A stretch of DNA of 32,000 bases from an uncultured bacterium (GTDB lineage Bacteria; GCA-001730085), in NCBI GenBank assembly GCA_964565945.1, contig CAZMGY010000010.1:1-32000 (forward strand), in the 5' to 3' direction. The position numbers and the translations under genes were made by a program. Shown in pieces: positions 22,174 through 32,000 of the stretch (position 1 is its first letter; each line of letters starts with the position of its first letter). A model generated the notes under the pieces. That model saw nothing but the letters and a program-made list of their open reading frames with translations, did no database searches and was not told where the DNA came from.

Positions 22174-24436
22174 CTGTTTGCTTGCTAATACCATATTTTC
22201 CAAGGCTGGCTTAACCTCAGCCCAGTTGCGAGTCTTCAGTCCACAATCAGGATTTACCCATAAACGCTCTGCAGGAATACGTTGTGCGGCTTTTTGCATA
22301 AGTTTAACCATAGCGTCCACTGTAGGAATATTTGGTGAGTGAATATCGTAAACACCTGGTCCAATTTCATTTGGATAAGCAAAATCATCGAAAATATCTA
22401 ATAATTCCATATCAGAGCGAGAGGTTTCAATGGTAATAACATCTGCATCCATTTGTGCGATTGCCTCAATAATATCGTTGAATTCTGAATAGCACATATG
22501 TGTATGAATTTGGGTTTCATCCTTGACACCGTTGGCACTAATTCGATAGGCATTAACTGCCCAATCAAGGTATTCTTGCCATTGAGATTTTCGTAATGGT
22601 AAACCCTCTCTTAAGGCTGCCTCGTCAATTTGAATGATATTAATATTTGCTTTTTCAAGATCCATAACTTCATCTCTGATGGCAAAAGACAATTGCAAGC
22701 AGGTGGTTGCACACGGCTGGTCATCACGAACAAACGACCAGTTGAGCATTGTTACAGGCCCTGTCAGCATTCCTTTCACAGGCTTATCTGTCAATGATTG
22801 TGCGTAAGTTGCCCATTCTACTGTCATCGGTTTTGAGCGAGAAATATCACCGAAAATAATGGGCGGTTTGACGCAACGAGAACCATAAGATTGCACCCAG
22901 CCAAATTGAGTGAAGACGTAACCCTCTAATTGTTGCCCAAAACACTCTACCATATCGTTGCGTTCAGGCTCACCGTGAACCAAAACATCTAAGCCCAATT
23001 CTTCTTGCACCTTTATACAATGTTGCACTTCAGCACGCATTGCTTTAATATACTCAACTTCCAGTAATTGTCCTGTTTTATAGCCTCGTCTTGCTTGTCG
23101 AATTTCTGTCGTTTGTGGGAATGAGCCAATTGTCGTCGTTGGATACAACGGAAAATTAAACTGTTCACCTTGAATTTTTGCCCTCACTTCGTAACCGGAT
23201 TGGCGATTGCCTAAGGCATCACTCGCATCAGTAACACGCTTTTTAACTAGGCTATTGTGGACAAGTAATGAATGTTTTCGGTCATCAATTGCATTAATAT
23301 TACTCGCTATTTCTTTGGTAACACTCGCCTGCCCTTGATTGAGTGCCTTCGCTAAAATTCGCAATTCTTCCAATTTTTGCACAGCAAAAGACAGCCACGA
23401 TTTAATATCCGCATCCAGCTCTTGTTCGTTGTCTAAAATCCACAGGCACATGTAGTAGCGAACAAGAGGGGGCTAGCCACAACCTGTCTTTTAGTTGATG
23501 ATAAATAGGTTCTAACCATAATAAAGTTGCACTTAAATCCGTTTTCCAAATATTACGACCGTTAATAACACCCAAAGATAAAATTTGGTTATCTGCTAAA
23601 TTATCAATCACTTTTTGCACTTCTTCTTTGGCGTTAATTGCATCAATATGCAGCCCATCAACAGGTAAGTTGCAAGCAAGCGTTAAGTTATCTTGCAAAG
23701 TGCCGAAATAACTGGCAAGTAGTAATTTAACGGGACTGTTGGTTAATGATTGGTAAGTTTTTTCAAACGCCAATTGCCAGTCTGCTAATAATTCTGTGAC
23801 CAAAATAGGTTCGTCAATTTGTATCCATTCTATGCCTAATTTTGCCAACTCATCAAATAATTGGGCATATATCGTAACCAGCGAATCTAATAAATCCAGT
23901 TTGTTGGTTGCGTCCTTGGATTTACCCAGCCATAAATAAGTAACAGGCCCTACAATAACAGGCTTGGTATTGACCCCCTGTGCTTTTGCTTCCATGATTT
24001 GTGCAATCAAGCGTTTCGGTTGTAATGCAAAATTCGTTTCTTGGCTAAATTCTGGCACAATATAGTGATAATTGGTGTCAAACCATTTGGTCATTTCACC
24101 CGCTTGGACGCAAGTGCAACTAGGTTCATTGACCGAAGCGCGTCCTCGTGCCACTCGAAAATAGTTATCCAATTCATTGTCCGATATATTTTCAACGCGT
24201 TGTGGCACATTGCCCAATAAAAAACTGCTGTCTAAAATTTGGTCATAAAAAGAAAAATCACCTACAGGTACTAAATTTAAAGCACTTTGATTTTTCCAAT
24301 GATGTTGACGCAGTGTGCTAGCGGTTTGTAATAATTCTTCTTGAGAGATAGGGTTTGCCCAATATTTTTCTAATGCAAACTTTAACTCTCGTTGCTTACC
24401 GATACGGGGGAAGCCTAAGCTGTGTGTTGTAACCAT
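22150..24436 (-). pseudogene. metE: Cobalamin-independent methionine synthase, disrupted by a single frameshift
   Basis: Two overlapping ORFs (23402-24436 and 22150-23451) together cover a full-length MetE (HSLGFPRIG ... [10 protein letters not shown] | [14 protein letters not shown] ... C-terminal Zn-binding HMCYS). The coding strand reads GATTTTAGAC where GATTTAGAC would keep the frame. Confidence 0.85.
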
Positions 24437-24520
24437 GCTATAAGATGCCTTATTGATTTAAAGTGGATTGTTTTATAGCAGTGATAATGTGAAGTAAAAT
24501 GATTATTTTTACCTCAATTA

Positions 24521-24533
24521 TGAATTATATTCA
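24521..24533 (-). promoter_or_regulatory. MetR-type box TGAA-N5-TTCA upstream of metE
   Basis: The minus strand reads TGAATATAATTCA about 85-97 nt upstream of the metE ATG. It fits the TGAANN(T/A)NNTTCA consensus known for gammaproteobacterial MetR. Confidence 0.35.
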
Positions 24534-24580
24534 AAGAGCTACGTTCGATCAAACACAGCTCTTTTAACAATTTTTTTTTT
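24533..24580 (+). terminator. Hairpin plus T10, oriented as a plus-strand terminator
   Basis: AAAGAGCT (24533-24540) pairs with AGCTCTTT (24557-24564), followed by TAACAA and T10 (24571-24580). No plus-strand gene ends here. It may serve hup bidirectionally or be an orphan at an island edge. Confidence 0.3.
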
Positions 24581-24596
24581 CGAACAAGAAAATCGA

Positions 24597-24866
24597 TTAA
24601 AGATTTTCTTTGAAAGATTTTCCAACTTTAAATCCAACAGATTTAGAAGCTTTGATTTTGATTTCTTCACCTGTTTGAGGATTGCGACCTGTACGAGCTT
24701 TTCTTTTAACCAAGTTAAAAGTTCCGAAACCGATCAATTGAACTGAACCTTCTTTTTTAACACCTTTTTTGATGTTGTCCAGGATAGATTTCAAAGTACG
24801 ATCAACTTCAGCTTTCGAAAGATCAGTTTCATTAGCTACTTTTTCGATTAAATCTGCTTTATTCAT
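24597..24866 (-). CDS. hup: HU-family DNA-binding protein
   Basis: 89 aa with MNKADLIEKVA, GFGTF and RNPQTGEEI motifs. Confidence 0.95.
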   Translation of the reverse strand: MNKADLIEKVANETDLSKAEVDRTLKSILDNIKKGVKKEGSVQLIGFGTFNLVKRKARTGRNPQTGEEIKIKASKSVGFKVGKSFKENL

Positions 24867-24975
24867 TTGACTTGCTCCTTTGCTATTATGAATTTATTAT
24901 ACACGTTAACTCAACACCGATTATGCCATAAGCTTTTTCCGAATGCAAAGAAAATTGTTTTGATGAGCTAGATAT

Positions 24976-25015
24976 TATCAGCCTTTACGCTGGTTGATCA
25001 GATCAAAGGCTGATA
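24976..25015. promoter_or_regulatory. 11-bp perfect inverted repeat overlapping a TATAAT in the hup-dapL divergent region
   Basis: TATCAGCCTTT (24976-24986) and AAAGGCTGATA (25005-25015). TATAAT at 25014-25019 overlaps the right arm. Confidence 0.35.
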
Positions 25016-25091
25016 TAATGAAGCTTTATAATCATGACGAGGATCAAAACTAGATAAAACCTCGCCTTATATGGACAGAAAGGTTTCTAAA

Positions 25092-26327
25092 ATGGCAAAA
25101 ATAAATGAAAACTATTTGAATTTAACTGGAAGTTATCTTTTTTCGGAGATTACCAAGAGAGTGGCAGATTATAAAAACGATCATTCCGAAGCCGATATCA
25201 TTCGTTTGGGTATTGGCGACGTGACGCGACCTTTATGTCCTGCGGTGATTGAAGCGATGCATGAGGCGGTGAATGAGATGGCTCAGGCGAGTTCTTTTCA
25301 TGGTTATGGTCCCGAACAAGGTTACCGTTTTTTAATTGAAAAAGTGATTGCCTATGATTTTGAGCCCTATGGCGTTAAGCTTGATCCGAGTGAAGTGTTC
25401 CTCAGTGATGGTGCCAAATGTGATTCGGGCAATATTCAAGAAATTTTTGATCAAGAGGCGAAAGTTGCTCTTATGGATCCTGTGTATCCTGTTTACTGCG
25501 ACACCAACGTGATGGCGGGACGTTCGGGGCAATTGAATGACAACGGACAGTACAATAATTTTGTCTATTTGACTTCGACTGCCGAAAATGGATTTAATCC
25601 TGAGCTGCCAAAAACCAAAGTGGACTTAATTTATTTGTGCTTTCCGAATAACCCCACGGGAACGACTATAACCAAAGATCAACTCAAGGTGTGGGTCAAT
25701 TATGCCAAGAAGAATAAGGCGATTATTCTCTTTGATGCGGCGTATGAAGCTTTTATTCAAGATGACGACGTTCCGCATTCGATTTATGAAGTCGAAGGAG
25801 CCAAGGATGTGGCGATTGAGTTTCGTAGCTTTTCCAAAACTGCTGGTTTCACTGGTGTTCGTTGTGCCTACACTGTAGTTCCTAAAAGTGTGATGGGATA
25901 TAAATCGAATGGTGAAACGTATTCCTTGAATGATTTGTGGAATCGACGTCAGTGCACCAAGTTTAATGGTGCCTCTTACGTGGTGCAGAAAGGGGCCGAA
26001 GCGATTTATTCCGAAGCTGGACGTGCTCAAATTACCGAAAACATTGCTTACTATATGAACAATGCTCGCATTATTCGCGAAGCCCTCACGGCTCAAGGTA
26101 TTGAATTCTACGGCGGGGTCAATGCCCCTTATGTGTGGTTAAAAACGCCTAAACAAATGCCTTCCTGGGACTTTTTTGATTTGATGCTTAAGCAGGCCAA
26201 TGTGGTGGGAACGCCAGGTGTTGGCTTTGGTGTTAGCGGTGAAGGTTATTATCGTTTAACGGCCTTTGGTGACCAGTCTCAAACCGAAAAGGCCGTTGAG
26301 CGTTTTTCACAATTGCTGGTCGCGTAG
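25092..26327 (+). CDS. dapL: LL-diaminopimelate aminotransferase
   Basis: [48 protein letters not shown] and [10 protein letters not shown] (PLP Lys) match the DapL family as I recall it from Chlamydia and plants. The start is placed at ATG 25092. The ORF is open from ATG 25071. Confidence 0.88.
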   Translation: MAKINENYLNLTGSYLFSEITKRVADYKNDHSEADIIRLGIGDVTRPLCPAVIEAMHEAVNEMAQASSFHGYGPEQGYRFLIEKVIAYDFEPYGVKLDPSEVFLSDGAKCDSGNIQEIFDQEAKVALMDPVYPVYCDTNVMAGRSGQLNDNGQYNNFVYLTSTAENGFNPELPKTKVDLIYLCFPNNPTGTTITKDQLKVWVNYAKKNKAIILFDAAYEAFIQDDDVPHSIYEVEGAKDVAIEFRSFSKTAGFTGVRCAYTVVPKSVMGYKSNGETYSLNDLWNRRQCTKFNGASYVVQKGAEAIYSEAGRAQITENIAYYMNNARIIREALTAQGIEFYGGVNAPYVWLKTPKQMPSWDFFDLMLKQANVVGTPGVGFGVSGEGYYRLTAFGDQSQTEKAVERFSQLLVA

Positions 26328-26457
26328 CTTCTTAATTGTTTCAAAATAGCAAAGCCCTTTGTCTGTAAGCTAAAAGATATAAGCTGATCGCGTTCAGTTA
26401 TAATGCTATATTATTATGGTTATAATAATATAAGTTATAAATGTTGACTTTTAACTT

Positions 26458-26486
26458 TTGACTTTTGTTTGATCTCATAATATAAT
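26458..26486 (+). promoter_or_regulatory. Consensus sigma70-type promoter TTGACT-N17-TATAAT upstream of the protease gene
   Basis: -35 at 26458-26463, a 17-nt spacer, and -10 at 26481-26486. It lies about 60 nt before ATG 26548. A second TTGACTTTT copy is at 26444. Confidence 0.55.
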
Positions 26487-26547
26487 GGGAGTTAAGATTT
26501 TGTTGAACCTTGAGTATTTGCCAGAGACACGATAAAGGAATTTTTGT

Positions 26548-28809
26548 ATGCATGTGACTTTTCGACTTTTTAGCTTGGTGATTGTCTCGTGCTTGGCGGG
26601 GACAACGTCTCTGTGGTCTCAAGATATTTTTTCTCATCAGAGGTATATTGTTGTTTATCAGCCACAAGATACAGATTCGCAAGAGGCTGTTCTTGGTCGT
26701 CGCTCTGCACGTTTAAGTCAAGGCTCTACGGGGAAAGAGAAGTTACTTCAAAAGCTAGAGTCTCATCGTGCTAAAGCCAAAGGCAGTCGTGAGGCCGTTG
26801 TTAAATCCAAACGCTTGTCTTTGCGCAAAGTGGACTCTGCGGCGTCGTCTGATGTTATTGTGCAACGCAGTACTCGTCTGAGCTCTGGCGAACAACCTTC
26901 GATGGAGGTGTTTAGTTTAGACCCTCAAGGAGATATGGATCTGGTACGAGCCTTGGATGAAGATCAAGAATTTTTGATTGAAGTTGATTATCCGCATAAG
27001 AAATCCTTTTCGTTTTTCGACCATCCTTCGAGTTCGGATCCTGAGCTTGTACCAGTTGATGAGTCTGGTGATGATCCTGTTGAACAAGGTTTTATTGATA
27101 GAGTGATTGAGATTATTCAAAAGATTCTGGAAGGTAACGAACCTCCCACGGAGATGAGGCCAGAACCAATACCCGCCGAGCAGGTGCTTCCAGTTCCTCA
27201 AATTACGCCTACGCCTGTGTCAGAAGTTCCAGAAACACCAGTTCCTGAACCTATTCTCGAGCCAACATCAGAAGAGCTGGAGGTTATTGTTGAACCTGCA
27301 CTGAGATTGCCTGATGATGTGGAACCTTTGTGGACTAATGATCGTCATGTCCGTCGTCAATGGGCTGTGGCCGCGATTGGCCTTAATAAGGCCTGGGCTA
27401 TTGAGCAACCTGGTGAAACAATTGTGGTGGCAGTGATTGATGATGGAATTGATCTGGAGCAATTAGATTTGGTGAACAACATTTGGACCAATCTGGATGA
27501 AATTGCTGGCAATGGGATTGATGATGATGGCAATGGTTATATCGATGATGTACATGGTTGGGACTTTGCCGACAATGACAATAATCCGCAAAGCTCTGAT
27601 TTTCATGGCACGCATGTGGCGGGCATTGTTGCGGCTGAGTCTGATAATGGCCTTGGCGTAGCAGGATTTTCTTTGCGCAATAATATCAAAATATTGCCGC
27701 TCAAAGTGTTTGGTGATGGCGAAGACTTTGCAAGTACCTTCGACATTATGGAAGCGGTCAACTATGCCTCCAATATGGGGGTTCGTGTGATTAACATGAG
27801 CTTGGGAAGTTTGGGTTATTCGTGGACTTATGATCAAACCATCAAGAATGCTGTTAACCGTGGTGCTGTGGTGGTTGCGGCGGCGGGCAATGACACTTCG
27901 GCGGAGACGAGTTATCCAGCGGCCTTTCCCGATGCGATTTCGGTGGCTTCAGTTGATCAACAAGGACAAAGATCAAGTTTTAGCAACTTTGGTGTGACTG
28001 TCGATGTTCATGCGCCTGGGGATCAAATTTTGTCGACTGTTCCAGGTGACTTGGTGGAAGAATCATCGGGAACGTCGATGGCAGCTCCTATGGTGTCGGG
28101 TTTGGCGGCATTGATGTTTACACAAGATCCTTCCTTGTCGCGAGCACAAGTGGTGAATCAGTTATTAGGAACGGTTGATCGTGTTAGCACTCGTCAGGGT
28201 ATTGGACGCGGGCAAGTGAATGTGTTTAAGGCTATCTCTGTTTTGAACGGTGATATGGAGTTGCCTTCCTCGTCTTGGGATCGTCCTGAGTTGACCTTAG
28301 TGATTTCGAAGACAAATTCTCGCTGGTATTTTGTGAATGCGTCTAGCTCGGAACGTGTTGGGGTATTAAGAGCCCGTATGAAAGCGGGTAGCTACCAGAT
28401 TGATATTAAGTTAGCGAGGAGTGGACAAGTGGTTAGTTCGCAAACTCACGACAGTCCTGTGAATGGAACCCATGACTTGCTTGACCTGCGAACGGCTTTG
28501 CACCATCCAGGTAAGCACATTGTTACAGTTACGGCCTTTCGCACTGGTCGCAGTGTTCAGGCGAGTGTGATTGTGTGGTACGAAGTTAGTTCGGCAATCG
28601 AAGATCGCTTTTACGAAGACCGAGTGGTGGCCACAGGGATTCTTCATCCTAAGGGTGTGGTTAGCGAAGTTGCTGCCGATGTTTCCGAGGGTGAAGAAGA
28701 AGCTCCTGTAGTGGTCGAAATTTCTACGGAAACGACTTTGGAACCTTCCGAAGGTTATCGTCGTCAGTCACGACAAAGAACTGTCTCTCGCTCGATTATT
28801 GTCCGATAG
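26548..28809 (+). CDS. Secreted subtilisin-like (S8) serine protease with long N- and C-terminal extensions
   Basis: The catalytic triad motifs are VAVIDDGID, HGTHVAGIVAA and SGTSMAAPMVSGLAA. It has the NGIDDDGNGYIDD insert, a signal-like N-terminus MHVTFRLFSLVIVSCLAG, and a Pro/Glu-rich linker. Confidence 0.93.
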   Translation: MHVTFRLFSLVIVSCLAGTTSLWSQDIFSHQRYIVVYQPQDTDSQEAVLGRRSARLSQGSTGKEKLLQKLESHRAKAKGSREAVVKSKRLSLRKVDSAASSDVIVQRSTRLSSGEQPSMEVFSLDPQGDMDLVRALDEDQEFLIEVDYPHKKSFSFFDHPSSSDPELVPVDESGDDPVEQGFIDRVIEIIQKILEGNEPPTEMRPEPIPAEQVLPVPQITPTPVSEVPETPVPEPILEPTSEELEVIVEPALRLPDDVEPLWTNDRHVRRQWAVAAIGLNKAWAIEQPGETIVVAVIDDGIDLEQLDLVNNIWTNLDEIAGNGIDDDGNGYIDDVHGWDFADNDNNPQSSDFHGTHVAGIVAAESDNGLGVAGFSLRNNIKILPLKVFGDGEDFASTFDIMEAVNYASNMGVRVINMSLGSLGYSWTYDQTIKNAVNRGAVVVAAAGNDTSAETSYPAAFPDAISVASVDQQGQRSSFSNFGVTVDVHAPGDQILSTVPGDLVEESSGTSMAAPMVSGLAALMFTQDPSLSRAQVVNQLLGTVDRVSTRQGIGRGQVNVFKAISVLNGDMELPSSSWDRPELTLVISKTNSRWYFVNASSSERVGVLRARMKAGSYQIDIKLARSGQVVSSQTHDSPVNGTHDLLDLRTALHHPGKHIVTVTAFRTGRSVQASVIVWYEVSSAIEDRFYEDRVVATGILHPKGVVSEVAADVSEGEEEAPVVVEISTETTLEPSEGYRRQSRQRTVSRSIIVR

Positions 28810-29148
28810 CTTTATGGTAGCCTTTCTCTGCTACAATAAGGTTTTGTTGCACCTGCTAATCTTACCCAGCGAAATAAACTAAAACTTACCCACACACCCT
28901 CTCAACAACAGGGGCTTAGGAGCGTTGTGGTTGATTGTTGTCATCGATTTCATAGGTTGTTTTGCCTTTGGATTTTTTTCGCATTCTTTGCAAGAGTGAT
29001 GCCTTATTTCGGGATATGGCTAAGTAGCATGCTATCTATAAAGATGCTTAGTATTTTTTAGTTTAACTATAAATAATGCTCAGAACTGCTCAAAAAGACC
29101 ATAAAGTGGTACAATAGTTTTTTCAATTTTGTATGGTACATAAAAGTT

Positions 29149-30063
29149 ATGAAGCACTTTGTTAGTTTAAAAGATTATTCTCGTGAACAATTGGAGACCT
29201 TGCTTGAGTTGGGAGCTCAACTTAAAGCTCAGCGAGGTTATCATGACAAGGTTCTTGAAGGCCAAACAGTTGCGATGCTATTCACTAAACCTTCAAATCG
29301 GACACGTGTGTCGTTCGAGGTTGGTGCCAAAGAGCTTGGAGCGCACACTATTTGCCTTGGGCCGCAAGAAGTTAAAATGGGAGCGCGCGAAATGGTCAAG
29401 GATGTGGCGCGTGTGTTGTCGCGTTATGTCCATGCGATTGTGATTCGGACGTTTGATCATGAGGATGTGGTTCAGCTTGCTCAATGGTCTGATGTTCCTG
29501 TGATCAATGGTTTAACAGATTTGTTTCACCCTTGTCAGATTTTAGCTGATGTGATGACGGTGAGAGAGCACAAGACGCATGTTGAAAATCCTAAAATTGT
29601 TTATGTGGGGGATGGTAACAATATCTTAAATTCGTGGCTTTATGCGGCAGGCTTGCTTGGTTTGAATTTTGTTTATTCTACACCAGTGGCTTATCAACCG
29701 CAAAAGGCGATTGTGCAAGAGGTCCAAAATTTGGCTCAATCTTCGGGTGCTCAAATTCAATATTTTGAGGATCCTTTAGAGGCAGTTGCGGATGCAGATA
29801 TTATTTACACCGATGTTTGGGTAAGTATGGGGCAAGAGGTGCAGGCCCAAGAGCGCCAGAAGTTATTTATGTCTTACCAAGTCAACGAAGCCTTACTTAC
29901 GAAAGCGAAGTCCGATGGTTCGGTGATGCATTGTTTGCCTGCTCATCGTGGTTTAGAGGTGGAGGAGGTGGTTTTGGATGGTCCTCATTCGATCGTATTT
30001 GATCAGGCCGAAAATCGCATGCATATCCAAAAAGCTATTATGCAGAGTTTAATTGTTTCGTAA
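29149..30063 (+). CDS. argF: Ornithine carbamoyltransferase
   Basis: 304 aa with SNRTRVSFE (STRTR-type), HPCQ, DVWVSMG and HCLPAHRG motifs. Confidence 0.93.
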   Translation: MKHFVSLKDYSREQLETLLELGAQLKAQRGYHDKVLEGQTVAMLFTKPSNRTRVSFEVGAKELGAHTICLGPQEVKMGAREMVKDVARVLSRYVHAIVIRTFDHEDVVQLAQWSDVPVINGLTDLFHPCQILADVMTVREHKTHVENPKIVYVGDGNNILNSWLYAAGLLGLNFVYSTPVAYQPQKAIVQEVQNLAQSSGAQIQYFEDPLEAVADADIIYTDVWVSMGQEVQAQERQKLFMSYQVNEALLTKAKSDGSVMHCLPAHRGLEVEEVVLDGPHSIVFDQAENRMHIQKAIMQSLIVS

Positions 30064-30089
30064 TATCAATTATTCAAGGAGTTTGAGAA

Positions 30090-31289
30090 ATGAAAAAAAT
30101 TGTTTTAGCGTATTCAGGCGGACTAGATACTTCAGTAATTATTCCTTGGTTAAAAGAAAAATATGGCCAAGATATCGAAGTAGTGTGTTATGCAGCTGAT
30201 TTGGGACAAGGCAAAGACTTAGATCCTCTTGAAGAAAAAGCTATTAAGAGTGGTGCCAGTAAGATTTATATTGATGATCTTAAAGAAGAGTTTTTGACCA
30301 ACTATGTCTATCCTGCGTTGAAAGCTGGGGCGCTTTATGAAGGACAATATCCTCTAGCGACAGCTTTAGGTCGCCCCTTAATTGCTCAAAAAATGGTGGA
30401 TGTGGCTCTTAAAGAAAAGGCTGATGCAGTCTGTCATGGTTGTACGGGTAAAGGTAATGATCAGGTGCGTTTTGATGTAACATTTGCTGCCTTAGCACCA
30501 GAGCTTAAAATTATTGCTCCTTTGCGTGAGTGGGATATGAGATCTCGCGAAGAAGAGATTGAATATGCCAAAAAATATGGTATCGATGTTCCTGTGACCA
30601 AAGAAAAACCCTATAGTCTAGATTTGAACATTTGGGGACAAAGCATCGAATGTGGTGTGCTGGAAGATCCTTGGAAAGAGCCTCCTGCGGATGCATATGT
30701 GATCACGCAAGCTCCAGAAGAAGCGCCTGATAAAGCGAAATACATCGAGATCACTTTCGAGCAGGGAACGCCTGTGGCGGTGAATGGAGAGAAATTGGCA
30801 CCTATTGCTTTGGTGGAAAAGTTAGGTCAATTGGGCTGTGTCCATGGTATTGGTCGTTTGGATATGGTGGAGAATCGTTTGGTAGGGATTAAATCTCGTG
30901 AGATTTATGAATCTCCTGTAGCAACGATCTTATTCAATGCGCACCAGTCTTTGGAGGCTTTAACATTAGAACGTGAGTTAATGCATTACAAACAAAAGTT
31001 GTCTCATGATTATGCCAACATGGTGTACTATGGTCAGTGGTTTTCTCCTTTGCGCGAGGCCTTGGATGCATTTGTGAATTCGACTCAGCAGTGGGTCTCG
31101 GGTGATGTGCGTCTAAAACTGTACAAAGGTAATGCCACGGTTGTGGGACGCAAGTCTCCACACTCTTTGTATGACGAATCCTTGGCCACATACACAATTG
31201 AAGATAAGTTTGATCATAAGTCAGCCGAAGGTTTTATCAAGTGTTTTGGTTTACCTTTGGAAGTGGCTGGGTGTCGTTCGCGTAAATAA
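30090..31289 (+). CDS. argG: Argininosuccinate synthase
   Basis: 399 aa with [21 protein letters not shown] and [11 protein letters not shown] motifs. Confidence 0.96.
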   Translation: MKKIVLAYSGGLDTSVIIPWLKEKYGQDIEVVCYAADLGQGKDLDPLEEKAIKSGASKIYIDDLKEEFLTNYVYPALKAGALYEGQYPLATALGRPLIAQKMVDVALKEKADAVCHGCTGKGNDQVRFDVTFAALAPELKIIAPLREWDMRSREEEIEYAKKYGIDVPVTKEKPYSLDLNIWGQSIECGVLEDPWKEPPADAYVITQAPEEAPDKAKYIEITFEQGTPVAVNGEKLAPIALVEKLGQLGCVHGIGRLDMVENRLVGIKSREIYESPVATILFNAHQSLEALTLERELMHYKQKLSHDYANMVYYGQWFSPLREALDAFVNSTQQWVSGDVRLKLYKGNATVVGRKSPHSLYDESLATYTIEDKFDHKSAEGFIKCFGLPLEVAGCRSRK

Positions 31290-31366
31290 TTATTTCAGTT
31301 TATTTTAGATTTTTTTGGTAGTGTTTTTAGGGTGGAAAATGATGGATTATACAAAGCCCCCAGTTG

Positions 31367-32000
31367 TTAATGTGCTAAATATATTCTGAATAACTTAGGT
31401 AACAAGCCTAATAATCTTTTTCTGATTTGATGCCAATATATCGATAAAAGTAAAAGCGCACCACCAACCCATGCCCCTGTTAATGCTAAGCCATATGAAT
31501 TTTCCACAGAGACTGATAAAACGCTTGAAACTGCATAAATTACATATATTAAAGAAGAGACCATAAAGCCACGCCTATTGATAATAATAGCTATCAAACT
31601 CAGAAATATATATAAAATAATGATAATAATGATATTGCTTACTTCACCATGATTTTTTAGAGCATCAAATATTGAAAAAATAGGGTGAATGATCAAAGGT
31701 GCCGAAGTTAAATGCAACCAAAAGGCGACATCAGATTTATAGGTAGTTCTGTGAATATCAGTACAATCCCAAAACATAGCCAGTGCAAAAGCCATCACTC
31801 CAAAAAGCAAGAAAATGCATGTTGCATGATCTTTTAATAATGTAGGAAAGGCGGATAAAATAATGCTTAATAAAAAAACATAGAGCAATATAACGTTAAG
31901 GGCAACTGTGATAGGCACTCTAAAGCGAACCCAATGAAAATAAGCACTAATTGTTGTTACAAAGGAGGCAAAAATTAAATTTTCTTTGTTTTTAACTAGT
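31367..32000 (-). CDS. Polytopic membrane protein of unknown function (5' end beyond window)
   Basis: The frame stays open from 31367 to the window edge, and the listed GTG 31918 is not necessarily the start. It has many hydrophobic helices and is markedly AT-rich. Confidence 0.6.
   Translation of the reverse strand, partial: LVKNKENLIFASFVTTISAYFHWVRFRVPITVALNVILLYVFLLSIILSAFPTLLKDHATCIFLLFGVMAFALAMFWDCTDIHRTTYKSDVAFWLHLTSAPLIIHPIFSIFDALKNHGEVSNIIIIIILYIFLSLIAIIINRRGFMVSSLIYVIYAVSSVLSVSVENSYGLALTGAWVGGALLLLSIYWHQIRKRLLGLLPKLFRIYLAH

Noticed and set aside
26397-26440. GTTATAA repeats as a mini CRISPR-like or attC-related array
   Set aside because: The repeats are only 7 nt long with irregular 15-22-nt spacing in very AT-rich DNA. 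There are no palindromic repeat units and no cas genes.

Overview
Chromosomal window from a bacterium I cannot place taxonomically from sequence alone. All homology calls come from motif recognition by eye, not database searches. Most of the window is housekeeping. It holds a sod-peroxiredoxin pair, a YbiB/TrpD2-like gene, and the split transhydrogenase genes pntAA-pntAB-pntB. A five-gene translationally coupled minus-strand operon follows: radical SAM/SPASM, GT2 glycosyltransferase, membrane-anchored unknown, HAD phosphatase, IspD-like cytidylyltransferase. After that come a two-subunit class I fumarase, nth, a DUF192 gene, and a large Bacillus-type SRP RNA directly upstream of dnaX-ybaB. The rest is mutS-(glutaredoxin-like)-mutL, hup, dapL, a secreted S8 protease and argF-argG. 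Three visibly AT-rich patches interrupt this. (1) 5.46-7.07 kb contains two well-formed integron-type gene cassettes. Cassette 6010-6442 carries a small DUF6804-like membrane protein and cassette 6443-6748 is ORF-less. Each ends in an attC-like site whose R'' box is the exact reverse complement of G plus its own cassette's first six bases. No integrase is present in the window. (2) 21.4-24.6 kb is a decaying pair, truA with multiple lesions and metE with a single frameshift, plus a MetR-type box. (3) A partial membrane-protein gene sits at the right edge. Also worth a look are an A9 tract in dnaX at the expected tau/gamma boundary with stops in both alternative frames, a T9G10 homopolymer junction, and several structured intergenic elements. 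I saw no CRISPR array, tRNA, rRNA, transposase or recombinase gene.
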